Assembly (NCBI GenBank): GCA_964016885.1
Contig: OZ024745.1
Span: forward strand, 29,512,001 to 29,576,000
Length of the DNA: 64,000 nucleotides
Source: Eledone cirrhosa
Lineage: Eukaryota
Direction: 5' to 3'
A program made the position numbers and the translations under genes. Each line of letters begins with the position of its first letter. The stretch's first letter is position 1. Below, in pieces: positions 51,105-64,000 of the stretch. Under the pieces are notes generated by a model that did no database searches, was not told the DNA's origin, and worked only from the letters and a program-made list of their open reading frames with translations.

Positions 51105-51952
51105 CATCATCATCATCATCATCATCAACGTTTAACGTCCGTGTTCCACGCTTGCATGGGTTTGGACGGGGGTATTTCCCACTTGAGGCAAGAGTGATTG
51201 TCTTGCTCGCATAGGACTGTCTGGCGGGTTTTCTACAGCTGGATGCCCTTCCTAACACCAACCACATTTACAGTGTGGGGCTGGGAAGTTTTTACCGTGT
51301 TGCCTACACGGCCACATTACAGCGTGGACTGTGTTTTTTTGTCATGACACCTACACGATCTCATTTGTTTCGGCCTGGATGTTGTGGCACCAACATAACT
51401 TTACATTGAAAGGGGCGGTGTGGATGAGGTGGGGCTGGTGGGACGGGGTGTATTTTGTTAGAGATGCCTACTGACTGTAGTAGGTTTTACTTTGTATTTA
51501 GGTAAGGCGGGTCTTCTCTATTACTGAGTACCGCCAAAGGTCTCGGTCCAGTGACATTGTCTTGGAGAGGTGTAAGTGTGTGAGGTCGGAATTTATCAGC
51601 TCGTCCCAGGTTTTTCTGGGTCTGCCTACTCCGTGGCTACCGTCTATCTTTACTGCCCTGCACTTTGTTATACAGCTGTCGTCTTTCATGCGCATCACGT
51701 GACCGTACCAACGTAGCCTTCTCTCGAGTAAACAACATCTGATCCCTCTTATTTCTAATTTTTTCCTTAGTTCGTTTATGCTTTGCCGTTCACGTATATT
51801 ACTATTACACATCCAGCGGAGCATGCAAGCTTCGTTCCTCTCTAGTCTGCGTATATCCTCTGCACACAATGCCCAAGTCTCACTGCCATGCAACATTGCT
51901 GTTCGTATGCAGGCATCATACAACCTGCCTTTCATTTTTAGGGAGAACCCTT
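51105..51952 (-). mobile_element. RTE LINE 3' fragment
   Basis: KGRLYDACIRTAMLHGSETW...RRLRWYGHV plus 3' UTR and (GAT)n tail. Confidence 0.92.
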
Positions 51953-52064
51953 TATATATATATATGCCTATATAAATATATACATATGCCAATATACAAA
52001 TATATATATTTGTATGATGTTGATGGACATGAGTATGAGTACTCAACACCGAAGTAGAGTTTAG

Positions 52065-52178
52065 ATATTCTTCATTATGGTGAAATGGTGAGTTTTGTTA
52101 CTTTAGAGTTTCACCTGTGAGTACATACCTGAAACTCCAGAGTAACAAAACTCACTACTCAGCTATAATAAAGAATAT
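52065..52178. repeat. Imperfect fold-back containing GAAAC-tccaga-GTA
   Basis: gtgagttttgttact..agagtttca / tgaaactc.agagtaacaaaactcac. Confidence 0.65.
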
Positions 52179-52771
52179 ATATAGATGTGGGTGTGTGTGT
52201 TTTGAACAAATCTTATTTGTTTCTGGAGAAGATGATGAGATGTAACTAGGATATCGAAACTAATAATATGTGGTGGAATAACCACTAACAATTAGTCAAT
52301 ATATCGATTTATCACGATCAATCAATCCTCTGAAACAATCGTAAAACAATGAACTAATTACGAACCTAACTTCACCTTTTGTTATATTTTCATTGTTCAA
52401 AACATGTATATGACTCTGTAGATTGTTTAGAATCTACAATGGAATTTTAAGTGGTGAGAACCTACTAGAAAAACAATAGCTCTCACTGCACTATCTCGGA
52501 ATTATCTCTTCAATCTTCAAGACTGCATGCAGCTATCACTTATTTTTTATCATTTATTTTGTTTTGACCTGTTTAGCTTGATTTGGTTTTTGGCTTGGGT
52601 GGTTAATGCTTTCTTGACCACCTTTTCAGTTTTGTATGGTTTCTTAACGCATTGTTTAGCTCTGGTTTTTAACTATTGAGCACTTTGCCAGTATCATTTC
52701 TGATTTTTGTGTTTCGCTTCACTTTTCCTGCCCGCCGAAAATGCGATTCTCGCTGAATCTTTATTTGTATG

Positions 52772-53107
<336 letters not shown>

Positions 53108-53615
53108 TATATATATATAATATATAATATATATATGTATATATTATATACATATATATATATAATATATATATGTATATATACATATATATATATTATA
53201 TATATATAATTGAGTTCTTTACACGAGAAATTAATATTGGTTTTGAAATAACTAATTAACCCGCGTGTGTTTTATATTTTACTCTTAATAATTCGGCCGG
53301 AGAATTATATTCCCATTTGCCCTTTATAGCATAACTTTCTGCATTTACTGCGGTTATGAGAAGCGGTTCTTATTCGGGTACAACTTCTGATTTAGCCTAA
53401 GAAAATATCTATATGCGTGTGTAATGTATACAAACATATATTTATTTTTTTATTGAGTTCTTAAACACGTTGGATTGGTAATGTTTTCAAAAAAAACTAA
53501 TTAACCCGCGTGTATATTATTTTTTTTCCTCATTTCGTGAGTTGTCTCCCCTTCCCGCTTCGTGTCGCTATGATACTTCCTCAGTCAAAAACTGCTGGAA
53601 TTTCAAATTTGGCGG

Positions 53616-55824
53616 TCATTCGAGATATATTGAGATATATGATAGAATATTGGACGTACCTTGAATTTGTTTCTGTTTCCGTAATTCATCAATGCCTATT
53701 GCTTTAGCCCTTTCTATTCCATTATTTATTAGTAATAGTGGGTACTCTCTCTCGAGTAGAATTTCCTTTAATTCTTGAAGTCTTTTATTTCGCGTTTCAT
53801 AATTGGAGACAATTGTGCAAATTCTTCTTGCTAGGTTAAAAGGAATATTCGTCTTCGTGTGCTTTGGATGGTTGGAGGTGAATAGCAGATATTGTTTGGA
53901 ATCTGTTGGTTTGTAGTGTATGTCAGTTTCGATATTTGTGTCTTTTTTTATGATTAAGATGTCCAGAAATGGGAGTTGATCTTGACTGTATTCCATTGTG
54001 AATTGGATGTGGTTATTGATGCCGTTTATTAAGTTTTTGAAATCCTTCAGTTGGTCGAGTGTGTGGGACCAAAGAATGAGGCAATTATCCAAGTAGCGTT
54101 TCCAATTCTCTGATAAATATTTGTGGAAGTTCAATCCGTATTTTGATTTGGACTGTTCATATATCTGGACTTCTAAGTATGCCATGACTAAGTTGGCATA
54201 AGTTGGAGCGGCTTTTGTACCCATCGCAGTCCCCGATATTTGCTTGTAAGTATTGCCATCGAAATAAAAAAAGTTGTTCTGTAGGATGAATTTTAATCCC
54301 TCGGTGATGAAGCTTTTTTCTATTCTGTCAGGTATCTCATTGGGATATTTCTCTAGCCAGAATCCTATTGCTTCTAGTCCGTATTGGTGTGGGATCGTTG
54401 TGTAGAGATTCACTACATCGAAAGACACAATAATAGTGTCGTTGTTGACATGTTTGGGGAGGTGGTTTAAGAGGTCCAGATCGTCTCTTACAAGGCTTGG
54501 TATGTGTTTCAGTATTGGTTTCAGTAGTATGTCTATAAGGTTGCTCAATCTGTGTGTTTCACATTGTGGGCCCGCTACAATTGGTCTTAATTTAAGATCT
54601 GTGGGGTATTGTGTGTTCACGCAGGCTGAGGTGGATTGTTTACAGGCATCGTTGATTATTTTACATTTGTGGATCTTCGGAAGTCCGTAAAGGTTGCTGG
54701 TTTTGTATTCAAAATTTTTAAAATAATCGCGTTCCTTTTTAGTTAGGTCTTCCTGGTATCGATAAATCAGTGTGTTTAATTTGGTCATTATTTTTGATTG
54801 CTGGTAGTTTTTTTACTCTTTCATAGTAATAATTAGTATTTTGTAAGAGAGAGAACAGAATTTTTATATTTTTCAGCCTCCATAATGACAACAGTACTTC
54901 CCTTGTCCGCTTCCTTAATTACAATGTCCGTATTGTTTTTTAGTTCATGGATAATCTCCCATTCCCTTCGACTTGTGTTGGGTTTGGGTTTAGGTTGCGG
55001 TAGTTCATGGTATGAGAAGGTAGCTATGTGGTCACAAAATTTGTCCAGAACTCTGTTTCTACCTTTTGTTGGGTTGTAGCTGCTTTTATTCCGTACAATT
55101 GATTCGTCGTTATTCTCCTTGTCAAAGAATTCCTCTGTGAGACGTAATTTTCTACAGAAGTGTGAGATATCGTCATTTATCTCGTTGGGGTTAGGGTATT
55201 GTGGTGTTGGTGTGAATTTCAGACCTTTGGAGAGAATTTTTACTTGTTGGGCTGAGAGGTTTGTATTTGAAATGTTAATTATTTTCAGTTTTTCAAAATC
55301 GGTTTGTGCCACCGGGTGTCGTGAGTCCTGTAGCCTTGGTCTAAAAAATGATTTTTCTGGAATGTTTTTTCATTGGTATTATTATATCTAATGGTATTTC
55401 CTCTGTTGTTGTGTGGTCTTGTATAGAAGTTTCTGACGTATTGAGGTTCGGTTTGTTGATAGTCCGGGTTGTAGATTTGGTTCCTTTGTGTGGGTTGGGA
55501 TCTACGGTTTTGGAACAGGCTCTGTGTGGGCAGGGGTCTACGGTTTTGGAATATGTTTTGTGTGGGTTGTGATCTGCGGATCAGGTCCTGCCTTGTGTTC
55601 GGGGATCTTTGGTTTTTGTTAGTAGGGTTATAGTTTTGTCTACGGTTTCTGGGATTATCGTTATAGTTTTGCTGGGGGTATGTTGGACGTTTTGTTACTT
55701 TTTTTGTTATTTGTTGTGCATGTGGTGTGTGAGTTTTAGTTTGTTTTAAAAATGGGTTACCTGTATGTTGTTCATTTTTGAAGTCCATTTCGTAGTTGTT
55801 GAACCAGGTGGCGTTTTTTCCCAT
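53616..55824 (-). mobile_element. Penelope-like element RT ORF, frameshifted and truncated before GIY-YIG
   Basis: LSKGLKFTPTP, IKEADKGSTVVIM, LYGLPKIHK, LRPIV, SFDVVNLYTTIP, GTAMGTKAAP.YANL, RYLDN (YxDD mutated), LPFLDI, SNHP. Confidence 0.92.
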
Positions 55825-55863
55825 CGCTGGAGGGATGTTAGTTCTTCATCCTCACAGTTTTAA

Positions 55864-55980
<117 letters not shown>

Positions 55981-56005
55981 TATATGTATATATGTATATA
56001 TATAT

Positions 56006-56460
56006 AAATTTCGTTTCATTTTTTCCATTTATCGTTTTCGGTGCACCCGGCCGATTAACCCACTCGATATGCAAATTGGGCTACTCAGCCGTTAATATGC
56101 ATAAGGAAAGTATATACTTTCAGACGTTCAACAATCTGGCAGGAAGGTATACGTTGCTGACGATAGCTAATAAGCTTGAAACTAGTACATCGTTCCTTTG
56201 TCAGTGTTGAACAAACGAGCAACGATGGTTGCTAGACACTATGGCTTAATACGGGATGTTTGTTTACAAACACACCGAGCATTATAATAAATGTTCGGTG
56301 AATCCATACGTACATATATATATGTGTGCATGTATGTATATATATATACATACTACTGTACGTCTGTATACATATATGTATGTACGTGTACATACTTATA
56401 TTTAAGTAACAGCCGTACTAAGAGTGGGAAATCAAATTTCGTTTCATTTTTTCCGTTTAT
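56006..56460 (+). mobile_element. Retrozyme-like unit: 428-bp monomer plus 27-bp terminal direct repeat, one HHR
   Basis: 56006-56032 repeated at 56434-56460 with one mismatch; (TA)n on both sides. Confidence 0.7.
56151..56193 (+). ncRNA. Type I hammerhead ribozyme
   Basis: acgttg-CTGACGA-t agct aata agct t-GAAA-ctag-TA/catcgt; stem I extends via aagg/cctt past an internal loop. Confidence 0.75.
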
Positions 56461-56471
56461 ATATATATATA

Positions 56472-57432
<961 letters not shown>

Positions 57433-57457
57433 TGGACGACATATATTTATATATATC

Positions 57458-57514
<57 letters not shown>

Positions 57515-57938
57515 ATAATAATAAATTTGAAGACTAAAATCCAAAGAGAGCTCGATAAGGATAAATATATATCAAATATATAAGAACCCTAGAGCAAATA
57601 TTTATTAAAATAACAGATTAAAGTTTAAGAAAAAGAATCGCTGCTTTCCCATTAATAAATATATATATGTGTGTGTGTGTGCATATCATCAGCATATCAT
57701 CATCATTAACATATATGATGATGATATGCTTTAATATATATATATATATTAAAGTTAAGCCAAAATCTCAATTTAGAGAGATATAAGATAGACAGACTAA
57801 AATAAATGAATTACACTCATAAAATGTCCCTAACCATGGTTTCTGGAATCAAGATATTAATTATTTGAAAACATTGAAACAACCAATATTAGAATAATTA
57901 ATTCTGTCTTCAGGGGAAGAGTCGTTTGGAACTAGAGG

Positions 57939-57971
<33 letters not shown>

Positions 57972-57978
<7 letters not shown>

Positions 57979-58240
57979 TTCTCCCTACCTGTTAGTTTGC
58001 TTGCTATCCCGCTACATCTCTTGTGTACCCAGGATCTGCATTGTGTGCATTTCATAGAATTTATGCCAGTTCCTTTTCTGCATATTGAACATGGCCATTT
58101 CCCTGACGGAATCAGAGTTTTGTCCTCTTTTCTACTCATCAACACTTTTGTCTTAGCTAGGTTCACTCTCAGTCCTCTTGCTTCCAACTGCTGTTTCCAT
58201 AGCCAGAATTTATTCTCTAGCTCCTCTACTGATTCTGCTA
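57972..58240 (-). mobile_element. RTE internal fragment (PHD-finger region)
   Basis: Near-identical to 20960-21228. Confidence 0.88.
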
Positions 58241-58261
58241 ATATTCACCCATAATTCATCA

Positions 58262-58603
58262 TCATCATCATCATTTCATTTTACGTCCACTTTTCCCTGC
58301 TTGCAAGGGTGGGACGGGAACTGATTCTGGCTTGATTTCTACAGCTGGATGCCCTTCCTAACACCAACCACATTTACAGTGAGTGCTGGGTGCTTTTTTT
58401 GCCGTGGCACCTCCACGACCACTTTGCAGTGGAATGATAGGGACCCCAGTCCTTATCATCTCATTTCTACAGCTGAGTAAACTGGAGCAATGTGAAATAA
58501 AGTGTCTTGCTCAAGGAAACAACACATCACCCGGTTTGAGAATGGAACTCACAACCTTTCGATTGCAAGGCCAATGCTCTAACCACTAAGCCATGTGCCT
58601 CCA
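58262..58603 (-). mobile_element. tRNA-derived SINE with RTE-type 3' tail
   Basis: Full-length copy of the family. Confidence 0.85.
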
Positions 58604-58680
58604 TATGGGTGGATATTAGAAACAGGTAGAGGCATGTTGGTAGAGTATAGGCATCTATATTTTTTAAAAATAGAAATGAC

Positions 58681-58725
58681 TTCTACAGGACTAGAACTGT
58701 TTCATTCGTTTGAAATCATCAGGAA
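58681..58725 (-). ncRNA. Hammerhead-like motif with short stem I
   Basis: ttc-CTGATGA-t ttc aaac gaa t-GAAA-cag ttctagtc ct-GTA/gaa. Confidence 0.55.
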
Positions 58726-60964
58726 TACCAAATAATTTTGGTGCCTTTAATTATCACTTGCCAGGTATGGATGTCTACCAATTTTTATGCATGTGTTTGT
58801 GCATATGCATGTGTTTGTGCATATGCATGCGTGTGTATATACATAGATATATATATATCCTTACACTCACTCTCACATGCATACAAACACACATAATATA
58901 TATATTCCATCTATCTATCCATGTGTGAATGTGTGCATGTGTACCTGTATACACACATACACACACACATATATATATATAAACAGTGATGATGATGATA
59001 TATTTATATATGGTTTAACAATGAAAACAAATAAGACAAGGTTTAATACTTAATCCATTTTTTACAATTGTTTCAAGGGACCGACCAAATAAACTAAGAT
59101 TTTATCAATGTACTGTCTAATTGATAGCAGTTATGTAACATCATGATATTAGCCTCGATAAAATACAACCATTCTGCCTGTATGTATGTATATATGTATA
59201 TACATATGTGAGCATGCATGCATGTGCGTGCGTGCTGCATGTATGTATATATGTATGTGCATGTATGTATGTATGTATGTATGTATGTATGTATGTATGT
59301 ATGTATGTATGTATGTATGTATGTGTATGCTTGTATGTATATGTGCATGTAATCACTGCAAATATGTACAATTCCACTTCATTTAACAATACTTTACAAA
59401 CCAAAGAAGGAAGTATGTCTTGTGGGACTTTACAGAAATAGAATTCTGTTCTTACTAGATCCCTTATGTTTGATATATCCAGATCCATATACCTGTATAT
59501 TGATTAATTCAAATATCTTTAACACAATAACCATTCGAAAAATTGTTCACTGTTGTGTCGCCATATTGAATGAATAAGAGAGAATGTTTGTATCTTTATT
59601 ATCACTGTTTAACAAGTGAAACCACTGGTAATATAAGTGCATCAATCTTTGAGATAATGATATTAATGATAATAATAAGGAATACTAATTTAGGCACACA
59701 GCTAGCAATTTTGGGGGGAAGAGTAAAGTACTTGATGGGTACTTTATTTTATCAACTCTGGCAGGATGAAAGGCTAAGTTGACCTTGGTGGGGGTTTGAA
59801 TATAGAATGTAGGGAGTCAGAATATATACTGTAATGGCATTTTAACAAATGCTCAACCTATTCTGCCAATCCACCATCCTAATAATAATTGTTTCTACTT
59901 TTGGAACAAGGCCAGCAATTTGAAAGGAAAGAGAAAGATGATTCAATCGACCCCCAGTGCATTACTGGTACTTTATTTTATTGACCCAGAAAGGATGAAA
60001 GGCAAAGCTAACCTCAGTGGGATTTAAACTCAGAACATAAAGGAGCATAACTCTATGCTGTGAAGCATGTTCAACACTTTACAGATTCTTTCTTTATAGG
60101 CTACTTAGTGTGAAAACATTGAGGACAATAATATAGAGACATGTAAACAGAGAACAAAATAAAAAGTAACAAATAACAAATTTATAACAACAGAATACCC
60201 CAATATGGGAGAGTACCAGCCAAGAGTAATTTAGGAACTTCACATTAGGCAAGTGTTCTTCTCCACTCTATTCACTCCAGCCCACAGGTACATGCTGTAT
60301 AATGAAGTGATCCAGCCTCTGATGACAGAGCTTCACCAATGCCAAGTTTACTCCCAGTGGTGTGTTTTGGTGGGGTGCAGCTGCAACCCACCAAAACATT
60401 GTTGGAAAAATTAGTCATTTTTGTCAGAAAATTATGAAAATTATGATAAGAGCAATACGCTTATGGTTGTTATACTGTCTGATGTATTGCATGAGGTGAA
60501 AGTTGTGTATAGACCTGGTCTGTACTACGCATGTCTGTACTTTCCTGACCAGACTCTTGAATGACAAGCGCCAACTTCATTGCTAGCACCTAAAATCTTA
60601 AACTCTATGTTCAGCAGAGTTATCGAGTGGAAATTTCCAGTTACTCGTATATCCTTGTTCATGTCCCCAAAACAGATATGTATGTGCAAGACGTGGTCAC
60701 CTGACCTGTCGATCTACTTGTAGATAGCAGAGCACTCTAGCCACTCGGAGATCTTCTGGTTAGGACAATGAAAGGACATTTAATCACACACTCATTAAAT
60801 ATCATTACAATACCTCCCAGACATTTTTACATCAACTGACACATTAAAAAAACAGATAGAGTGCTCAAGTGTATGAAATGGGAAGAAAGTATATTTATTT
60901 CTTCAATAGGGACACACCTGTTTCTCATAAATATATCCTCCTCCTCCTCCTCCTCCTCATCATC

Positions 60965-63325
60965 ATTATCATCATCATCATCATCATCGTTTAACGTCCA
61001 TCTTCCACGCTTGCATAGGTTTGGACGGGAGTTTTCCCACTTGAGGCAAGAGTGGTTGTCTTGCTCGTATAGGACTGTCTGGCGGGTTTTCTACGGCTGG
61101 ATGCCCTTCCTAACACCAACCACATTTACAGTGTGGGGCTGGGAGGTTTTTACCGTGTTGCCTACACGGCCACATTACAGCGTGGACTGTGTTTTTTTTG
61201 TCGTGACACCTACACGATCTCATTTGTTTCGGCCTGGATGTTGTGGTACCAACATAACTTCACATTTAAGGGGCTGGTGTGGATGGGGTGGGGGTAGTGG
61301 GACAGGGGTGTATTTTTGTTAGAGGTACCTGCTGACTGTAGGTTTCGCTTTGTACTTAGGTAAGGCGGGTCTTCTCTATTACTGCGTAGTGCCAAAGATC
61401 TCGGTCCAGTGACATTATCTTGGAGAGGTGTAAGTGTGTGAGGTCGGAATTTATCAAGTCGTCCCAGGTTTTTCTGGGTCTGCCTATTCCGTGGCTACCG
61501 TCTATCTTTATCGCCCTGCACTTTTTTATACAGCTGCCGTCTTTCATGCGCATCACGTGACCATACCAACGTAGTCTTCTCTCGAGTAAACAACATCTGA
61601 TCCTTCTTATTCCTAATTTCTCCCTTGGTTCGTTTATGCTTTGCCGTTCACGTATATTACTATTACACATCCAGCGGAGCATGCAAGCTTCGTTCCTCTC
61701 TAGTCTGCGTATATCCTCTGCACACAATGCCCAAGTCACACTGCCATGTAACATTGCTGTTCGTATGCAGGCATCGTACAGCCTGCCTTTCATTTTTAGA
61801 GAGAAACCTTTAGCGGCCAATAGTGGTATAAGCTCACTGAACTTTTTCCATCCCATTCTGACTCTAGCTACTGTACTTTCAGAGCACCCTCCCCCACTGC
61901 TGATTTTGTCACCCAGGTAACGGAAGGTGTTCACTATTTCTATAGAACCATCTGTGCAATGGAATGAGCTAGTATTCTGTGGGCACTTGCTGCTACTTAT
62001 TGCACCAGAGCACCGGCCGCATATAAAATCTATATTCTTAGTTACCTTACCTTTGATCCCACTACATCTTTTATGCACCCATACTTTGCATTTGGGACAT
62101 AAAATGGAGTTTCTGCCTACTCCTTTCCTACACACTGAGCATGGCCATTTCCAAGATGGGACCGGTGCCCTATTTTCCTTCCTACAAACTAGAACTTTAG
62201 TCTTAGACAAGTTAACTTTAAGGCCTTTTGATTCTAGGCCATGCTTCCATGTTTAGAATTTCTTCTCTAGTTCAGCCATTGATTCAGCTATGAGCGTTAG
62301 ATCATCTGCATATAGGAGTTCCCATGGGCAGCCAGTCTTGAACTCCTCTGTTATAGCCTGAAGGGCAATAATAAATAGTAGGGGGCTAAGAACAGAGCCC
62401 TGATGAACACCAACTTTTATGCTAAACTCTTCACTATATTCGTTGTTAATTCTAACCTTGCTGACTGTTTCTTTATACATGGCTTGTATAGCTCTCACAA
62501 GCCATTCATCAACACCTAGTTTTCTAAGAGCCCACCAAATAATGGAGCGGGGGACTCTGTCAAAGGCTTTCTCCAAGTCAACAAAAGCTAAGTATAGGGG
62601 TTTACTTTTAGCTAGGTACTTCTCCTGTAGTTGTCGTACAATGAAGAGAGCATCTGTGGTACTTTTACCTGACACAAACCCGAACTGCATTTCATCTAGA
62701 TCAATTCGCTCACTGATTAGTTAGTTGCACTATTACTTTTTCTGTGACCTTCATGACCTGGTCGATTAATTTAATGCCTCTATAGTTACCCCTATCTAGG
62801 GCATCTCCTTTACCCTTGAAGTAGTTAATGATGATGCTGCTACGCCAGTCCTTCGAAACGACCCCAGGTTAGCTTTCAGGAATTCCCACTGTTCCTCTAT
62901 ATTGTACGATTCTAATTGCTCTTCCTTACTGTCAAAAGCATCAAGTAATATGCTTTGAAATTTATTACTGGCAGGGGGGTCCTTTAGCTTCCATATTTTT
63001 CTCCTGAGGATAGTCCTCCTCTGTTGTCGAGTACGTTTTGTCCTGACTACGAGGTCGCTGACTATGAGTCTATGTTGGGAGGTGTATTCTTCATGAGGGA
63101 GGGATTTAGTGTTTACGACAGACACTCTATCACGTCTTCTGGTAAGGATATAATCTATCTGACTGGCGTGTTCCCCTGATCAAGTGATTGTTTCGTTTTT
63201 TGAAGTTAGTGTTACAGACAGTTAGGTTATTTGCGTCACAGAATTCCAGGATTCTGGAGCCTTCCTCATTTCTAGTACCAAACCCATAGCCTCCATGGTT
63301 TCTGTCATAGCTTCCATCATGATTC
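60965..63325 (-). mobile_element. RTE LINE, internally deleted and 5'-truncated
   Basis: APE end (GFGTRNEEG..LEFCD), RT (QFGF, YADD), PHD finger, 3' UTR. Confidence 0.93.
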
Positions 63326-63610
63326 ATCATTGCTTAATGTCCATTTTCCATGCTTGCATGGTTTAGATGGGTTGTCACATTATGAGACAAGTCAGGTTCA
63401 GAGACCACGTCTTGCTCATATGGATCCATATTTTGGCTTGGTTTCTATGGCTGGAGACCTTTCCTAACACCAACCATGTTACAGTGTGGACTGGGGGCTT
63501 TTTTGACAGCATGATCACCCTACAGTGTGGACTTTGTGCTTTTTGTCATGACACAGCATTGCGGGAGGTCAGATGTTTAGCTTTCATGGGCTGGGCAGGT
63601 GAGATGTCTC

Positions 63611-63665
<55 letters not shown>

Positions 63666-63804
63666 TATAACTTAAAGGTTTTTACATACAATAAAGATGG
63701 AACATTTCTAGGTAAAAAAAAAAAAAAATAAAAAATAAACGCAACCATGCCTCTCCTGGTCTTGATGGTGTTACGTACCTGCTTCTTAAACGTGGTGGGT
63801 ATTT

Positions 63805-64000
63805 CCTTTTGCACCAGTTATCACGCTTCTTCCAATTCTGCCAGAACAGTGGAAAACTGCCAATGTCATTCCTCTGTTCAAAAAGGTTGATGGCACATCA
63901 CCTGTGAACTATCGTCCAGTCAGTCTTACTAGTTGCATTGCCAAACTGATGGAATCCTGTGTCAGAGAAACACTTTGGAACTTCTGGAACTCTCACAGTC
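63805..64000 (+). mobile_element. CR1/L2-like RT N-terminal fragment running off the window
   Basis: WKTANVIPLFKK...NYRPVSLTSCIAKLME. Confidence 0.8.

Noticed and set aside
52212-52300. Hammerhead-like ATGATGA-gatgt/atatc-GAAAC-taat...atta-GTC
   Set aside because: Stems II and III pair, but C3 is missing and no stem I was found; at most a decayed relic
57885-57920. Minus-strand CTGAAGA followed by a hairpin
   Set aside because: No GAAA or NUH in register
59350-59495. Possible minus-strand exon (MDLDISNIRDLVRTEF...)
   Set aside because: Weak acceptor, no clear donor and no recognisable homology
60600-60860. Tc1/mariner transposase remnant (WSPDL)
   Set aside because: A single short motif with no supporting frame or TIR

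Overview
Very AT-rich, microsatellite-dense eukaryotic DNA that is intergenic or intronic. It most likely comes from a cephalopod (Octopus-like); this is inferred from the SINE/RTE repertoire and repeat content, not proven. No intact host protein gene is recognisable, only a few candidate minus-strand exons. The window holds decayed LINEs (RTE with a PHD-type finger, CR1/L2-like, Tx1/L1-like, R4/Dong-like, CRE-like), two Penelope-like element (PLE) RT remnants (one with ~1.08-kb inverted arms and a Naiad-like CxCx5C motif), a Chapaev-like transposase relic, two non-autonomous Helitrons, MITEs, tRNA-derived SINEs and a tRNA-Leu cluster (UAG, AAG and one pseudogene). The most striking hidden layer is about 14 type I hammerhead ribozyme (HHR) motifs, intact or decayed, from roughly 8 sequence families. 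They sit in short non-coding modules lodged in (TA)n/(CA)n/(CAT)n tracts. Some modules are 'one monomer plus a terminal direct repeat' (613- and 428-nt units, plus a 498-nt unit with an atypical core), as expected for retrozymes copied from circular RNA or for solo PLE pseudo-LTRs. Others are fold-back palindromes. All structures were paired by eye; nothing was computed or searched.
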